A stretch of 64,000 bases of DNA from a virus: the IMG/VR virus record IMGVR_UViG_3300032144_000007, positions 764 to 64,763 of that record; one strand, given 5' to 3'. The position numbers and the translations under genes are program-made. The notes beneath the pieces were generated by a model. That model worked only from the letters and a program-made list of their open reading frames with translations, made no database searches and was not told where the DNA came from. Below, piece by piece: positions 26,323 to 36,673 of this stretch; the stretch's first letter is position 1; each line of letters opens with the position of its first letter.

Positions 26323-26714
26323 TGGCAAGTTTCGATGGCACCACACCTTGCTGGATCCCGGACGTTCCTCTCACGCGGGAAGACAGCACGCGCATCCGTG
26401 TCGCGCAGTTCGGCGACGGCTATCAGCAGCGCACACTGGACGGCATCAACGCCGTCAACACCAAGTTCTCGTTGCAGTGGGTGAACCGCAAGAACGACGT
26501 CATCAACGCGATGGTCGCATTCTTCGTCGCGCAGAAGGGCGAAAGCTTTCTCTATCGCGAACAGCAGACACAGGAAGTCTGGCAGGTGGTTTGCGACGAG
26601 TGGCGCATCTCGTGGGATATCCGCCGCCGCAACTTCATCGGTTTCGTCTCGGTTCCGCTCTACTACGGCACGCTGTCGGCAGAGTTCAAGCGCATCTACG
26701 GGGTGACGGCATGA
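26322..26714 (+). CDS. Minor tail protein M-like (distal tail)
   Basis: AQFGDGYQQR..DGIN motif. Confidence 0.85.
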   Translation: MASFDGTTPCWIPDVPLTREDSTRIRVAQFGDGYQQRTLDGINAVNTKFSLQWVNRKNDVINAMVAFFVAQKGESFLYREQQTQEVWQVVCDEWRISWDIRRRNFIGFVSVPLYYGTLSAEFKRIYGVTA

Positions 26715-27409
26715 CGGTCAGGACAGACGTCCACCAACTTGGTCCGCTGGAGATGGTCGAGATGTTCGTCTTCGACGCGACGGCCATCGGCGGGCAGGTG
26801 TATCGCTGGCATCCCGGCACCACCAACACCGGGGCGGCAATCACATGGCAGGGGCAAATCTACAATCCGATGCCGATACAGGCGGAAGGTTTCGAGGTGT
26901 CGGCGGTCGGCAAGTTGCCGCGCCCGACCTTGCGCGCATCCAACATCAGCGGCGAACTCGACAACTATCTGAGATCGGTCAACGACGGCCTCAACGCCAA
27001 GGTGACGAGAAAGCGGACCCTGGGAAAGTACCTCGACGCAGTCAACTTTCCTGATGGCAATCCCTACGCCAATCCAGCGACGTCGTTCCCTGACGAAATC
27101 TACTATGTGTCGCGCAAGGTGACGGCCAATCCGATCTTCGTCGAAGTCGAACTTGCGGTGAAGTTCGATACCGAAGGCGTCATGCTTCCGCGTCGGCAAG
27201 TGATCGCTGGCATCTGCCAGTGGGTCTATCGCTCGGCGGAATGCTCCTATGCCGGACCGCCAGTGCAGGACATCGACGGCAACCCGACGACCGATCCGGC
27301 GAAGGACAGGTGTCGGAAGACGCTGACGGCGTGCCAAGCCCGGTTCGGCGTCAACGGCGTGCTGCGCACATCCGCATTCCCGTCATCCTTGCTTGTGAGG
27401 CAGTCATGA
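26711..27409 (+). CDS. Minor tail protein L-like
   Basis: WQG..Y.P.PI..EGFE, RKRTL.KYLDAVNF, Cys cluster CQW.YR..C.Y ... C.K..C. Confidence 0.9.
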   Translation: MTVRTDVHQLGPLEMVEMFVFDATAIGGQVYRWHPGTTNTGAAITWQGQIYNPMPIQAEGFEVSAVGKLPRPTLRASNISGELDNYLRSVNDGLNAKVTRKRTLGKYLDAVNFPDGNPYANPATSFPDEIYYVSRKVTANPIFVEVELAVKFDTEGVMLPRRQVIAGICQWVYRSAECSYAGPPVQDIDGNPTTDPAKDRCRKTLTACQARFGVNGVLRTSAFPSSLLVRQS

Positions 27410-28161
27410 CGTTTGAGCCGACCGACGACATCATCAAAGCGGTTCTGGCGCATGCGGCGGAATGCGATCCATACGAATGTTGCGGTGTCATCGCCGATGG
27501 CACGTTCATGCCGATCACGAACAACGCAACCGACTTCGACACGTTCGTCATGAACATGACCGAATACCTGGCAATCGCGAAGAAGCACAAGATCGAGGCC
27601 ATCGTTCATAGCCACATCTACGGACCGCCCGTACCGTCCGAAGCCGACAAGGCGATATGCGAAGCGACCGGCAAGCCGTGGTTGATCGTCTCGTGGCCGC
27701 TCGGCACATGGGGCGTGATCGTGCCGACCGGATACAAGGCACCGCTGATCGGTCGCCAGTGGGTCTATGGCGCGCACGATTGCTATGGCTGCATGCGTGA
27801 CGGTTTCGAGCATTTCACCGGCATCAAAATCCCGGACTTCCCGCGCGACTGGCTATGGTGGGAAAACGGCGAGAACATCATCGAAGGCCAGTTCGCGGAA
27901 GCCGGTTTCAAGCAGGTGACCGGCGAGTGGCGACACTGCGATGTCATCGGCATGAAGGTCTGGCCGTCGAAGGTCGTCAACCATCTCGGCCTGTTCGTCT
28001 CGCCCGATCTTATCCTGCACCACCTGTTCGGTCGGTTGTCGGCGCGCGAAGTCTATGGCGGCGTGTATCAGATGACGACGGTGCTGCACTTGCGCCACGA
28101 AAACTTCATGGATGCACCGCCGCCATTGCCAGCTGGCTACACGCCGTGGGGGTGGACATGA
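27406..28161 (+). CDS. Tail tip protein K-like (Mov34/JAB + NlpC/P60)
   Basis: P.ECCG, IVHSH..PS..D, DCY, NHLG. Confidence 0.9.
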   Translation: MTFEPTDDIIKAVLAHAAECDPYECCGVIADGTFMPITNNATDFDTFVMNMTEYLAIAKKHKIEAIVHSHIYGPPVPSEADKAICEATGKPWLIVSWPLGTWGVIVPTGYKAPLIGRQWVYGAHDCYGCMRDGFEHFTGIKIPDFPRDWLWWENGENIIEGQFAEAGFKQVTGEWRHCDVIGMKVWPSKVVNHLGLFVSPDLILHHLFGRLSAREVYGGVYQMTTVLHLRHENFMDAPPPLPAGYTPWGWT

Positions 28162-28916
28162 TCACGCAAGACCTGATCACCATCCGCATCCATGGGCCGC
28201 TCGGCGACAAGTATGGCGTCGAGCATCATTTCGCCGTGTCATCGCCAAAAGAAGCGATCGATGCGCTCGACGCCAACTATCCGGGCTTCCGTGGCGACTT
28301 CCTTGCGATCCCGTCCTATGGCCTTCTGGTGGACGGTGACTGGCGGGACGAGGGCAACTGCCCTGATGTTGCCAATGCGCCGGTTGCCAAGGAACTGGAC
28401 ATCTGCCCGATTATCGAAGGCCGCATCTTCGGAGCCATCGTCTCGGCGGTCACCGCCATCACCGGCCTGACAGGGATCGCGGCGACCGTGATCGGCGGCA
28501 TCATCACCCTTGGCCTGATGACCGGCATTTCTCTGCTCTTGGCACCGAAGCAGAAGAAGACCTCTACGGACTCGCAGAAAAACGAGAACTACATGTTCGC
28601 CGGGCCGGAGAACGTCACCGAACAGGGTGCGCCAGTTCCGCTGGTCTACGGTCATTGCTTCGTCGGTTCGGTGGTGATCTCGGCTGGTTTCGAAGTGGCC
28701 GATGGCGTCGGTACGACGATCAATGACGAATACATCTGGCCGCAGAACGATCCCGCCTTTGCGATGATGACGATGGAGAAGGTGAGCATCAGCGACAAGC
28801 TGGCGGCATCTCGCCAGACACCAGCTGACCCGGATGAAGCGATCTCGCCACCCTTTGAAGAGCCAGACCCGTTCTCGGTCTGGCGCAAGCCGCGCTGGAT
28901 TGGGGATAACGCATGA
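28158..28916 (+). CDS. Tail assembly protein I-like
   Basis: I.IHG.LG..YG, QG.PVPLVYG..VGS.VIS. Confidence 0.85.
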   Translation: MITQDLITIRIHGPLGDKYGVEHHFAVSSPKEAIDALDANYPGFRGDFLAIPSYGLLVDGDWRDEGNCPDVANAPVAKELDICPIIEGRIFGAIVSAVTAITGLTGIAATVIGGIITLGLMTGISLLLAPKQKKTSTDSQKNENYMFAGPENVTEQGAPVPLVYGHCFVGSVVISAGFEVADGVGTTINDEYIWPQNDPAFAMMTMEKVSISDKLAASRQTPADPDEAISPPFEEPDPFSVWRKPRWIGDNA

Positions 28917-31900
28917 ACCAACACCTCACGCCATTCGGGATTGTTGGCGCTGGCGGCGGCAAGAAGAAGAGCGGCGGTGCGACCGAACAGCCGAACTCGC
29001 TGCACTCGAAACAGATCGCCCGCATCGTCGATCTCCTGTCCGAAGGACCAATCGTCGGGCCGGTGAACGGTGCCAAGTCGATCTACTTCGATGGCGTGCC
29101 GATCATCTCGCCGGACGGAACGAGCAACTTCACCAACTATTCCATCGTCGGCGCTGGCGGGTGGCCCGACCAGGACGTGCTGAAGGGCTTTGCCCAACAA
29201 CAAGCAGAGACCGGCGTCGGTGCGCAGGTGAAGAAGCCGACGCCGATTACACGCACGATCATCAATGGTGATGTTGACCGGGCGCGCATCACCGTATCCG
29301 TTCCGGCATTGCAGATCGTCAACACGTCGAGTGGCGACATCAGGGGCACAAGCGTTGTCTTCGATGTCTTCCTGCAATCGAATGGCGGCGGCTACCAGCT
29401 GGTGACCCGGCACGAAATTTCCGGCAAGACCAACACCCGCTATCAGCGCGCCCTGTCGTTCCCGCTGACGGGCAGCCCGCCGTGGAATATCCGCGTCACC
29501 CGCGTCACGGATGACTCGACCACGACCAATCTGCAAAACGATCTCTATTGGGATAGCTATACTGAAATCATCGACCAGAAGGTGAATTACACCCTGTCGT
29601 CGGTGATCGGCGTGACGGTCGATTCCGAGCAGTTTCAGTCGGTGCCAAAGCGGACCTATGAGATCAAGGGTCTCATCATCAACGTGCCGTCGAATTACGA
29701 TCCTGAAACGCGCGTCTATACCGGCGTTTGGGACGGCACCTTCAAGGCGGCATGGACGAACAATCCGGCGTGGATTTTCTATGACCTCGTCACCAATTCC
29801 CGCTACGGGCTTGGTCGCTTCATCAGCCAGACCGAAGTCAACAAATGGGCGCTCTACAAGATCGGCCAGTGGTGCGATGTGAATGTCTCTGACGGCAAGG
29901 GTGGTGTCGAGCCACGCTTCGTTTGCAACGTCGTCATCAACACGCTTCAGGAAGCCTATGATCTGCTCAACACCATGGCCGCGACATTCCGGGGCTCGGC
30001 CTATTGGGCAGGCGGCGAGATGGTGGCGACGGCTGACATGCCGTCCGATCCCGTCGCGCTCTACACCAACGCCAACGTCATCGACGGCACGTTCAACTAT
30101 CACGGCTCCGACCTTCGTTCCCGCCACAACATGGCGGTCGTCGCTTGGAACGATCCCGACAACCTTGGTGAGAACCGGCTATCCATCGTCGAGGGCGACA
30201 TCGACAGCATCGCCCGGCTCGGCATTCAGAAGGTTGATCTCGCCGCCGTAGGCTGCACATCGGAAGGGCAGGCGATCCGCACCGGGCGCTGGCAGCTTTA
30301 CACCGATACCTATGAAGGCGAGTCGGTCGATTTCGTCGCTGGCCTCGATACCGCATGGGCGCGACCGGGCGAGATCGTCAAGGTGGCCGACATCAATGTC
30401 GGCGGTCAACGTCGCGGTGGCCGCGTCATCGCATCGACGACAATATCCATCACGACCGATGCGCCGATCCCGATGCAGGCCGGTGTGCAGTATGCGGTAT
30501 CCGTCATGCTGGCTGGCGGCATCGTCGCCACGTCGCAATACATCTCCAACATCGACGCCGACGTCACCGTTATCCCACTGTCGCCACCACTGGCGTCAGC
30601 GCCTCTTCTCGATTCGATTTTCGTGATCACCTCAACCGATCTCGACGCGACCCTCTGGCGGGTGGTGACGACTCGCGAGCGCGACGGCGACAAGTATGAA
30701 ATGACATGCATCCGCCACTTCCCCGGAAAGTGGGATGCTGTCGAGAACAACATACCGCTGGCGATTCCCGACATCTCGAACATCGGTATCATCGATCCCA
30801 TCACCAACCTCAACGTCACCGACTATCTGGTGGCGCTTTCGACAATCTCTGTCGGCGTCCGCATGCTGATCTCGTGGACGTCGAGCGCACCGCAGTTCGA
30901 AGTGGCAATCCGACCGAAGAACGGCAACTGGATGCGCGCCGTTATCAGCCAGACGGCTTATGACATCGAAGCGCTGGAATCGGTTTACGACGTCTGGATC
31001 ACACCGATGAACCTGCTTGGTCGCAGGGGGGCAACAACCAAGATCACTTACGAAGTCATCGGGCGATCCGCGCAACCAGCCGACGTGACGAACTTCCGCA
31101 TCAACATCGTCAATGGCGTTGCCATGTTCCAATGGGCACCGGCAACCGACATCGACGTCATTATCGGCGGCACGTTCGAAATCAGGTATTCACCGCGCAC
31201 GAGTGGCGTCACCTGGACAAGTTCCAACACCCAATTGCAAGCCATTCCCGGCACTGCAACGAGTGTCGAACTGCCCTACAGGGCTGGCACATATCTGATC
31301 AAGGCAAGGGATATTCTCGGCCTCCAGTCGAAAAACCCGGCGATGATCACGGCCACGCAATCAGATCAGGCGACAACGACATTCGTCCGCATCTGTGAAA
31401 GCCCGACGTGGCCCGGCACGAAATCCAACGTGCAGGTCCAGATGCCGCAGGAATGGCTGATCATCACCGACAGCGGTACTGGTCCCGGCATCTACACGTT
31501 CCAACAGAAGATCGACATGGGCGGAACGTTCCCGGTCCGGCTCTATGTCGATATGCTGGCGTTCCCGTACTATGAAGACGACATCTTCATCGACAGCAGA
31601 ACCGACCCGGTCGATACATGGCAGAGTTGGGATTCGTCGCAGGACGACGGGCTAGGCTCCGTCACTATTCAGGTCAGCCAGACCAACGACGATCCGGCGA
31701 GCGGTAGCGCAGTCTGGTCCGACTGGACGCAATTCATCGGTTCCGATTACACCGGTCGCGGCTTCCGCTTCCGCGCTTGGCTCGACGCGCCGGACGGCCA
31801 GAACGTCGCCATCGAACAGCTATGCATCATCGCCGACGTCTCAGCCAAGATGGACTATGGTTCCGACATCCCATGGCCCGCTGCGACGACGATCATGCAC

Positions 31901-32086
31901 ATCTCTTACGCCTTCAATTTCGTCTATGAACCCGCGATCTCGATTGCGGTGCAGGAAGGCGTGCCCGGCGACACGTTCAAGATCACCAACAAGACGCAAG
32001 GCGGATTCGATCTGCAAATCCTGAAATCTAATGGCACTCCGGTCGGGGCGAACCGCACCTTCGACTGGACCGCGCAGGGGTACTGA
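28913..32086 (+). CDS. Central tail fibre / host specificity protein J
   Basis: DLLSEGPI.G, WTNNPAW..YD..TN.RYGLG, EPRF.CN; 1057 aa. Confidence 0.92.
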   Translation: MNQHLTPFGIVGAGGGKKKSGGATEQPNSLHSKQIARIVDLLSEGPIVGPVNGAKSIYFDGVPIISPDGTSNFTNYSIVGAGGWPDQDVLKGFAQQQAETGVGAQVKKPTPITRTIINGDVDRARITVSVPALQIVNTSSGDIRGTSVVFDVFLQSNGGGYQLVTRHEISGKTNTRYQRALSFPLTGSPPWNIRVTRVTDDSTTTNLQNDLYWDSYTEIIDQKVNYTLSSVIGVTVDSEQFQSVPKRTYEIKGLIINVPSNYDPETRVYTGVWDGTFKAAWTNNPAWIFYDLVTNSRYGLGRFISQTEVNKWALYKIGQWCDVNVSDGKGGVEPRFVCNVVINTLQEAYDLLNTMAATFRGSAYWAGGEMVATADMPSDPVALYTNANVIDGTFNYHGSDLRSRHNMAVVAWNDPDNLGENRLSIVEGDIDSIARLGIQKVDLAAVGCTSEGQAIRTGRWQLYTDTYEGESVDFVAGLDTAWARPGEIVKVADINVGGQRRGGRVIASTTISITTDAPIPMQAGVQYAVSVMLAGGIVATSQYISNIDADVTVIPLSPPLASAPLLDSIFVITSTDLDATLWRVVTTRERDGDKYEMTCIRHFPGKWDAVENNIPLAIPDISNIGIIDPITNLNVTDYLVALSTISVGVRMLISWTSSAPQFEVAIRPKNGNWMRAVISQTAYDIEALESVYDVWITPMNLLGRRGATTKITYEVIGRSAQPADVTNFRINIVNGVAMFQWAPATDIDVIIGGTFEIRYSPRTSGVTWTSSNTQLQAIPGTATSVELPYRAGTYLIKARDILGLQSKNPAMITATQSDQATTTFVRICESPTWPGTKSNVQVQMPQEWLIITDSGTGPGIYTFQQKIDMGGTFPVRLYVDMLAFPYYEDDIFIDSRTDPVDTWQSWDSSQDDGLGSVTIQVSQTNDDPASGSAVWSDWTQFIGSDYTGRGFRFRAWLDAPDGQNVAIEQLCIIADVSAKMDYGSDIPWPAATTIMHISYAFNFVYEPAISIAVQEGVPGDTFKITNKTQGGFDLQILKSNGTPVGANRTFDWTAQGY

Positions 32087-32088
32087 CC

Positions 32089-33318
32089 ATGGCACAGCAC
32101 GACTATGTAATCGACAACGGTCCCGGCCTGACGGTCCGCACCGATATCAACGCCGCCTTTGCCGCGATCAGGTCATCGAACTCCGGCGCGGTCGCGCCAG
32201 CATCCGTCGTTGCCGGTCAGTTATGGTTCAACACCACGACCGGGCAGCTTCAGATGCGCAATGCCGGGAATACCGCTTGGGTCGGCATGACGTCGGAAAT
32301 GGGCGGCAACGTCGCCATCGACACGACCAACAACTATCTGCAATTCACCGGCACGACGCCGAACGTCGGAACGGCGCTTTTGGCCGTTCGCGATAACAGG
32401 ACAACCACCACCACAACCGGCAATGCCGTTTTCTCGGTCAAGCGTCAAAACAGCACGTCGGATAGCCTGCTTCTTGGCAACGACGGCAATAGCGCGGCGT
32501 TGATCGGCGGCGCGAATGTGCCAATGCGGTTCGGCAATTGGGTGAGCGGCGTTTTCACGGAAAGCCTGAATGTCTCAGCGGCGGGCCAATACACGTTTTT
32601 GTCGGGTTCGGCAGATGTAATCATCGGTGCCGGATCGGGTATCGAGATTGTCGGTGCAGCCCCTAACATCAAATTCACCGACAACACCGCGAGCGCCTAT
32701 GATTTTTGGGCGCATGCCGATGGAAACACCTTCTATATTCTCGTTGACCGCGATGGCAACGGTTCGTGGGATACGCCGCACCCGCTGTCGTTGGCCGTCG
32801 CGACTGGCGTTGGACAACTATTCGGTAACACGATCTACACGACCGCGAACCTTCCGCCCTATCCCGTTGGCGTCGTGGAATCGACCGGCAGCACGATTGT
32901 TGCGCGTGATCCAAGCGGCGACATCAACGTGCGGCTCGTCAAGTCGGAATACGATGTAACCAATGCGTCAATCGGCTTCATCATGACGCAGATCGATACC
33001 GCCACAAATAACTACGTTCGACCATCGACGCCCGCACAAGTGGCCGCCGCCTTGAGCGGCATGATCTCGCCGCCGATGTATACCGGCAGCAACTCAGGAG
33101 AAACGAACTTCCCGGTCGGAACAATACTGGCGGCCACGGTGGGGACCGGGGAAGGTATCAGAAACCAAGCACACACCCTCAGAATTTGGTCAGAGAATGC
33201 TGGCCAGTATGTAACGGTGGCGGTCGGTGGAACGGGCGCAAACTTGTCTGGAACATGGCGATGCCGTGGAATGACGTCCTACGCTGGGTCTGAGGTTCTA
33301 TTCCAGCGTGTCGCGTAA
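32089..33318 (+). CDS. Side tail fibre / receptor-binding protein
   Basis: MAQHDYVIDN..R.DIN.A anchor; G/T/N-rich body; C-terminal GTWRCRG..LFQRVA. Confidence 0.8.
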   Translation: MAQHDYVIDNGPGLTVRTDINAAFAAIRSSNSGAVAPASVVAGQLWFNTTTGQLQMRNAGNTAWVGMTSEMGGNVAIDTTNNYLQFTGTTPNVGTALLAVRDNRTTTTTTGNAVFSVKRQNSTSDSLLLGNDGNSAALIGGANVPMRFGNWVSGVFTESLNVSAAGQYTFLSGSADVIIGAGSGIEIVGAAPNIKFTDNTASAYDFWAHADGNTFYILVDRDGNGSWDTPHPLSLAVATGVGQLFGNTIYTTANLPPYPVGVVESTGSTIVARDPSGDINVRLVKSEYDVTNASIGFIMTQIDTATNNYVRPSTPAQVAAALSGMISPPMYTGSNSGETNFPVGTILAATVGTGEGIRNQAHTLRIWSENAGQYVTVAVGGTGANLSGTWRCRGMTSYAGSEVLFQRVA

Positions 33319-33335
33319 AAAACGGAGATATCAGA

Positions 33336-33851
33336 ATGACATTGGATGACAATATGCCGCTGAATGAAGAGCCGGTTATCTATCCGCTCTTGATCACAGT
33401 GCATTCAGCAACGGAAACAGCCACCGCTGGAACTCTCAGCATGGACGTAACCATGCAAGTCTCAGCCGATGGCGTCGAAGAACGTACCTCCTATGCGTAC
33501 AACGAGACCGACCCTTACGGGCTTTCGCCGCAGATAAGGCAATGGCTCGCCGACAATCCCGATTTTCCGATTGCGCCATACGTGCCGCCGACCATCGAGG
33601 AATTGCGCGCGGGATCGGCACCGATCCCGCGCATCGATTTTCGCAACCGGGCGCTTGAAATCGGTATTACCACCACCGTCATCAACGAATATCTGGCGAG
33701 CATCAGCGACCCGTTGCACCAAGAGGAGATGCGAATCTTTTGGGAAGATTCGCAGTGGTTTCAACGCCTGGATACCTTCTGCGTCGAGCTAGGCGAATAT
33801 GCCGGGAAGACGCCGGAAGAGATGGACACGATATGGCGGATCACAGCTTGA
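33336..33851 (+). CDS. Tail fibre assembly/chaperone-like protein
   Basis: Directly follows the fibre; C-terminal W....F.R..G.T.EE.D..W pattern. Confidence 0.65.
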   Translation: MTLDDNMPLNEEPVIYPLLITVHSATETATAGTLSMDVTMQVSADGVEERTSYAYNETDPYGLSPQIRQWLADNPDFPIAPYVPPTIEELRAGSAPIPRIDFRNRALEIGITTTVINEYLASISDPLHQEEMRIFWEDSQWFQRLDTFCVELGEYAGKTPEEMDTIWRITA

Positions 33852-33904
33852 ACGGATTCAAGGAATGATAAGTGAAGCAGGACAGTCCAGCGCAGGAAAA
33901 CGAT

Positions 33905-34180
33905 ATGTCGCTACCAGACGCCATTGAACGAAGCGTCGAGACGGTGACAGGAGGCTTGCGGGGAAACCCGCTTTGCCTCGCTGCGGTCCTGCTGTCGGCC
34001 CTGTTCGGCCTGCTCACCTATTACTCTTTGACGAATGAACGACAGGAGCAGCACGCGCGGATGATGCGCCTGCTCGACGCCTGCCTTCCGATCAAGGGGT
34101 CGCCAGCCACGATCCCGGACAGTTACCTTCGCGGCGGATTGGATACACGGCCACAAGGAGGCCAGCTGGCCGACTTTTGA
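33905..34180 (+). CDS. Single-TM membrane protein
   Basis: PLCLAAVLLSALFGLLTYY helix; AGGA SD. Confidence 0.55.
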   Translation: MSLPDAIERSVETVTGGLRGNPLCLAAVLLSALFGLLTYYSLTNERQEQHARMMRLLDACLPIKGSPATIPDSYLRGGLDTRPQGGQLADF

Positions 34181-34184
34181 ACTG

Positions 34185-34499
34185 ATGGGTATGATGGGAG
34201 CCGACAAGGCGCAAGAAGACGCTGTACGCGTCGCTGTGAAGGGAAGAGCAATGAACGAGCATGCAAAGCCGGAACCTTTACCAGAACGCATCCCGTTCGA
34301 AACGAACATGAACCTGACGATGCGGACGCCAAAGCTGCCGCCGACATACAAGTATGCGCCGCTACCGGATATCACGGCGCTTGAAGTGGCGTATCTGCTG
34401 GAGTTTTGCATCGCGGCGGTTTCAAATAGCCCGCTGGAAAAGCTGTATGAAAAAATGCCGCCAGAGGCGCGGCGTCATCTTGAAGTGGTCGAGGGATAG
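34185..34499 (+). CDS. Hypothetical protein
   Basis: ORF track; start uncertain. Confidence 0.45.
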   Translation: MGMMGADKAQEDAVRVAVKGRAMNEHAKPEPLPERIPFETNMNLTMRTPKLPPTYKYAPLPDITALEVAYLLEFCIAAVSNSPLEKLYEKMPPEARRHLEVVEG

Positions 34500-34609
34500 C
34501 CGGGCAGTGGCCGGTGCCCTTGCCGTGGTGGCGTAGGGAACGACACCGGCCCGCCACCTGTCCGGTTATGGACGGCGCAGCCAAAGTGCTTCAGCTGCGC
34601 CGTCATCAT

Positions 34610-35881
34610 TCAGGCCCGATGCTGCTCCAGCATCACGACGTTGTTCTCTCCCATGCAGATGCGGCGCACGGCGCTTTCCCACTTCAGCATCGCCTCGTAC
34701 TTCTCTTCGAAATAATCATAACGGTTATAGATCGCAGCGACGCCGGAGATCGTGCCGGAGCGGTGGTTCAAGATCGCTTCGACCACGTGCGGCGGAATCT
34801 TCATCCGCGCCATGCCGGTCGCAGCGGTGCGGCGCAGATCATGGAAGGTCCAGTGATCCATCGGTTCGATGAGTTGGGCGTCGGCACCAGCGGCCTCGGC
34901 TTCCTCGCGTTTGATGTCGATGATGTGCTGGTCAAGTGCAACCTTGGCGACACCATAGGCCGTCGCGGCGGTCGTGCGGCGATGGGTAAAGACATGCGTC
35001 TGGTCGTCATCCCTTGGCAGCGCATTGAACAGCGTGAGCAGCATGCCTGTCATCGGAACGACGTGGTCATCCTTCTTGTTCTTCGTGCGGTGTTTCGGGA
35101 TCGTCCAGATGGGCATGTTGGTCTGGTAGTCTGGATCGCCAAGAAGTTCGTCGAACGTGGCACCGCCGACTTCCATCTTTCGCTGGCCGGACAGGATCAA
35201 CGCCTTCGTCACCAGACCGTAAGGGTAGCCAAGGCGATCCGCCGCCAGCCAGACGAGACGCAGTTCGTCGTTGGTGAGAACGCGGGAACGGCTCTTCTCT
35301 TCGTTTGGTTGCTTGGCTGTGGCGAGCGGTGAAAAGTCGATCAGGTCGCGATTGACGCACCATGCAAAGAAGGTGCGCAGGATCGAGAATATCCGGTTCG
35401 CTTGAACAGGTGCGCCACGGTCGGTGATCGCATCGAGAAGAACGACCACGTCACGGCGGCGGATGTCGCTGACGCGCTTGTTGCCCCATGCTGGCTTGAT
35501 GTCGTTCTTCCACGCCGCCTTGCACAGGCGGTTATGGGATTCGCCATTGGCCTTCATGTAGCGCGTGATGAAATCAGGAAAGACCGAACTCAACAGCGTG
35601 ACTTCCGGCTTCATCTCTTCGCGAGGATCGCGCCCGCTGGCGACGGCGAGGAAGATTTTGCGGGCGATGTCGCGGGCGTCCTTCAGTCCAATCTTGGGAT
35701 AGGTGCCGATGGTCTGCTTGATCGGCTTGCCGCCGAAACGGTAGCGCGCGGCCCACGACTTTGCGCCTGACGACTGCACGACGAGATAGAAGCCCGGAAG
35801 GGTCGCGTCGGCGATCTCCTTGCGGTTGGCGGGGGTCGGGACGTTCAGGACATACTTGTCGGTGAGATTGACAGCGGCCAT
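34610..35881 (-). CDS. int: Tyrosine integrase with arm-binding (DUF4102-like) N-terminus
   Basis: D...PGF.L.V..SG.KSW..RYR; catalytic R (GQRK), HDLRRT, H (ILNH), Y (YNRYDY). Confidence 0.95.
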   Translation of the reverse strand: MAAVNLTDKYVLNVPTPANRKEIADATLPGFYLVVQSSGAKSWAARYRFGGKPIKQTIGTYPKIGLKDARDIARKIFLAVASGRDPREEMKPEVTLLSSVFPDFITRYMKANGESHNRLCKAAWKNDIKPAWGNKRVSDIRRRDVVVLLDAITDRGAPVQANRIFSILRTFFAWCVNRDLIDFSPLATAKQPNEEKSRSRVLTNDELRLVWLAADRLGYPYGLVTKALILSGQRKMEVGGATFDELLGDPDYQTNMPIWTIPKHRTKNKKDDHVVPMTGMLLTLFNALPRDDDQTHVFTHRRTTAATAYGVAKVALDQHIIDIKREEAEAAGADAQLIEPMDHWTFHDLRRTAATGMARMKIPPHVVEAILNHRSGTISGVAAIYNRYDYFEEKYEAMLKWESAVRRICMGENNVVMLEQHRA

Positions 35882-35937
35882 TTGTGCTTCCTTTGGCGAG
35901 TTGCAAAACCGGAATTTTTACGGGGCTGCAAATTCCG

Positions 35938-36217
35938 GGGTAACCCTTGGGGTAACTGGCTATCTGTATACTCGTGTATTCAACTGTTGTCTACTGTTGC
36001 CAGTAAGTACCGGAACGTATTGGGTAATTCTGGTGTTTTGTATGTCTACTGTAGTCTCGTGGGGTAACAAGTTTGGCTATTTCTGTTGATCGTTCGTCAC
36101 TTGATTCGCCAAAAAATATGCCGCCTTTTCAATTAGATAGGTCTATGGGGCCATGTTCGGGGTAACAGTCGGGTGAAAAATGCAGCTGTTAGCCACTGTA
36201 GTCTCGTGTCGGGTAAC
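35938..36217. repeat. attP-like region with GGGTAAC direct repeats
   Basis: GGGTAAC at 35938, 35950, 36062, 36160, 36211 (GGGTAAT at 36022); ACTGTAGTCTCGTG duplicated at 36048 and 36195. Confidence 0.6.
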
Positions 36218-36224
36218 GTTGCCA

Positions 36225-36500
36225 TCAGTCGTCATCCTTCGGCGGCTTCAGCCCGGCGAAATAGAGCAGATCGTCTTCCGTCGTCTCGGCCAGATTGAGG
36301 ATCGTGATCTTATCGGCGACATCGATGCCGAACCGTGGTTCCCATGTCGCGTCGCAGTAGCTGGTCGCCACGCGCTCGTCCGGGCGATCCACCGGATAAA
36401 ATTCGAGCCGGTAGCGGTGGCGCTCCGGCTCATAAAAGACCTTCAGGTGGTGATGGCGCGACGTGGACTCGTAGACCAGTACGCCGGTCGGTTCGGTCAT
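36225..36500 (-). CDS. Hypothetical protein
   Basis: 91 aa, operon packing. Confidence 0.6.
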   Translation of the reverse strand: MTEPTGVLVYESTSRHHHLKVFYEPERHRYRLEFYPVDRPDERVATSYCDATWEPRFGIDVADKITILNLAETTEDDLLYFAGLKPPKDDD

Positions 36501-36673
36501 GGTTTCTTCTCCTTGTAAGCGATCATCAGCGCCGCGCCGGTCGCAGCAGCTTCGCGCCTGGCAGCGGCCTCGTCGTCAAAATAAATCCAGCCGTCCGCAA
36601 AGTCTTTCACGAACCATGCGTCGGGCTTGCGCCGCTCCAGAGCGTCGGGAAACATCTTGAACTCGCCGGTCAT
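36497..36673 (-). CDS. Hypothetical protein
   Basis: Start MTGEF, GGAGG SD. Confidence 0.55.
   Translation of the reverse strand: MTGEFKMFPDALERRKPDAWFVKDFADGWIYFDDEAAARREAAATGAALMIAYKEKKP

Noticed and set aside
32089-33851. Diversity-generating retroelement target in the tail fibre
   Set aside because: No reverse transcriptase and no template/variable repeat pair found in the window.
34526-34538. Fifth Y RNA (contains GTGGCGTAGG)
   Set aside because: It lacks the CGGTTACTTC and TTCC elements, and the motif sits at a hairpin loop rather than in a terminal bulged helix.
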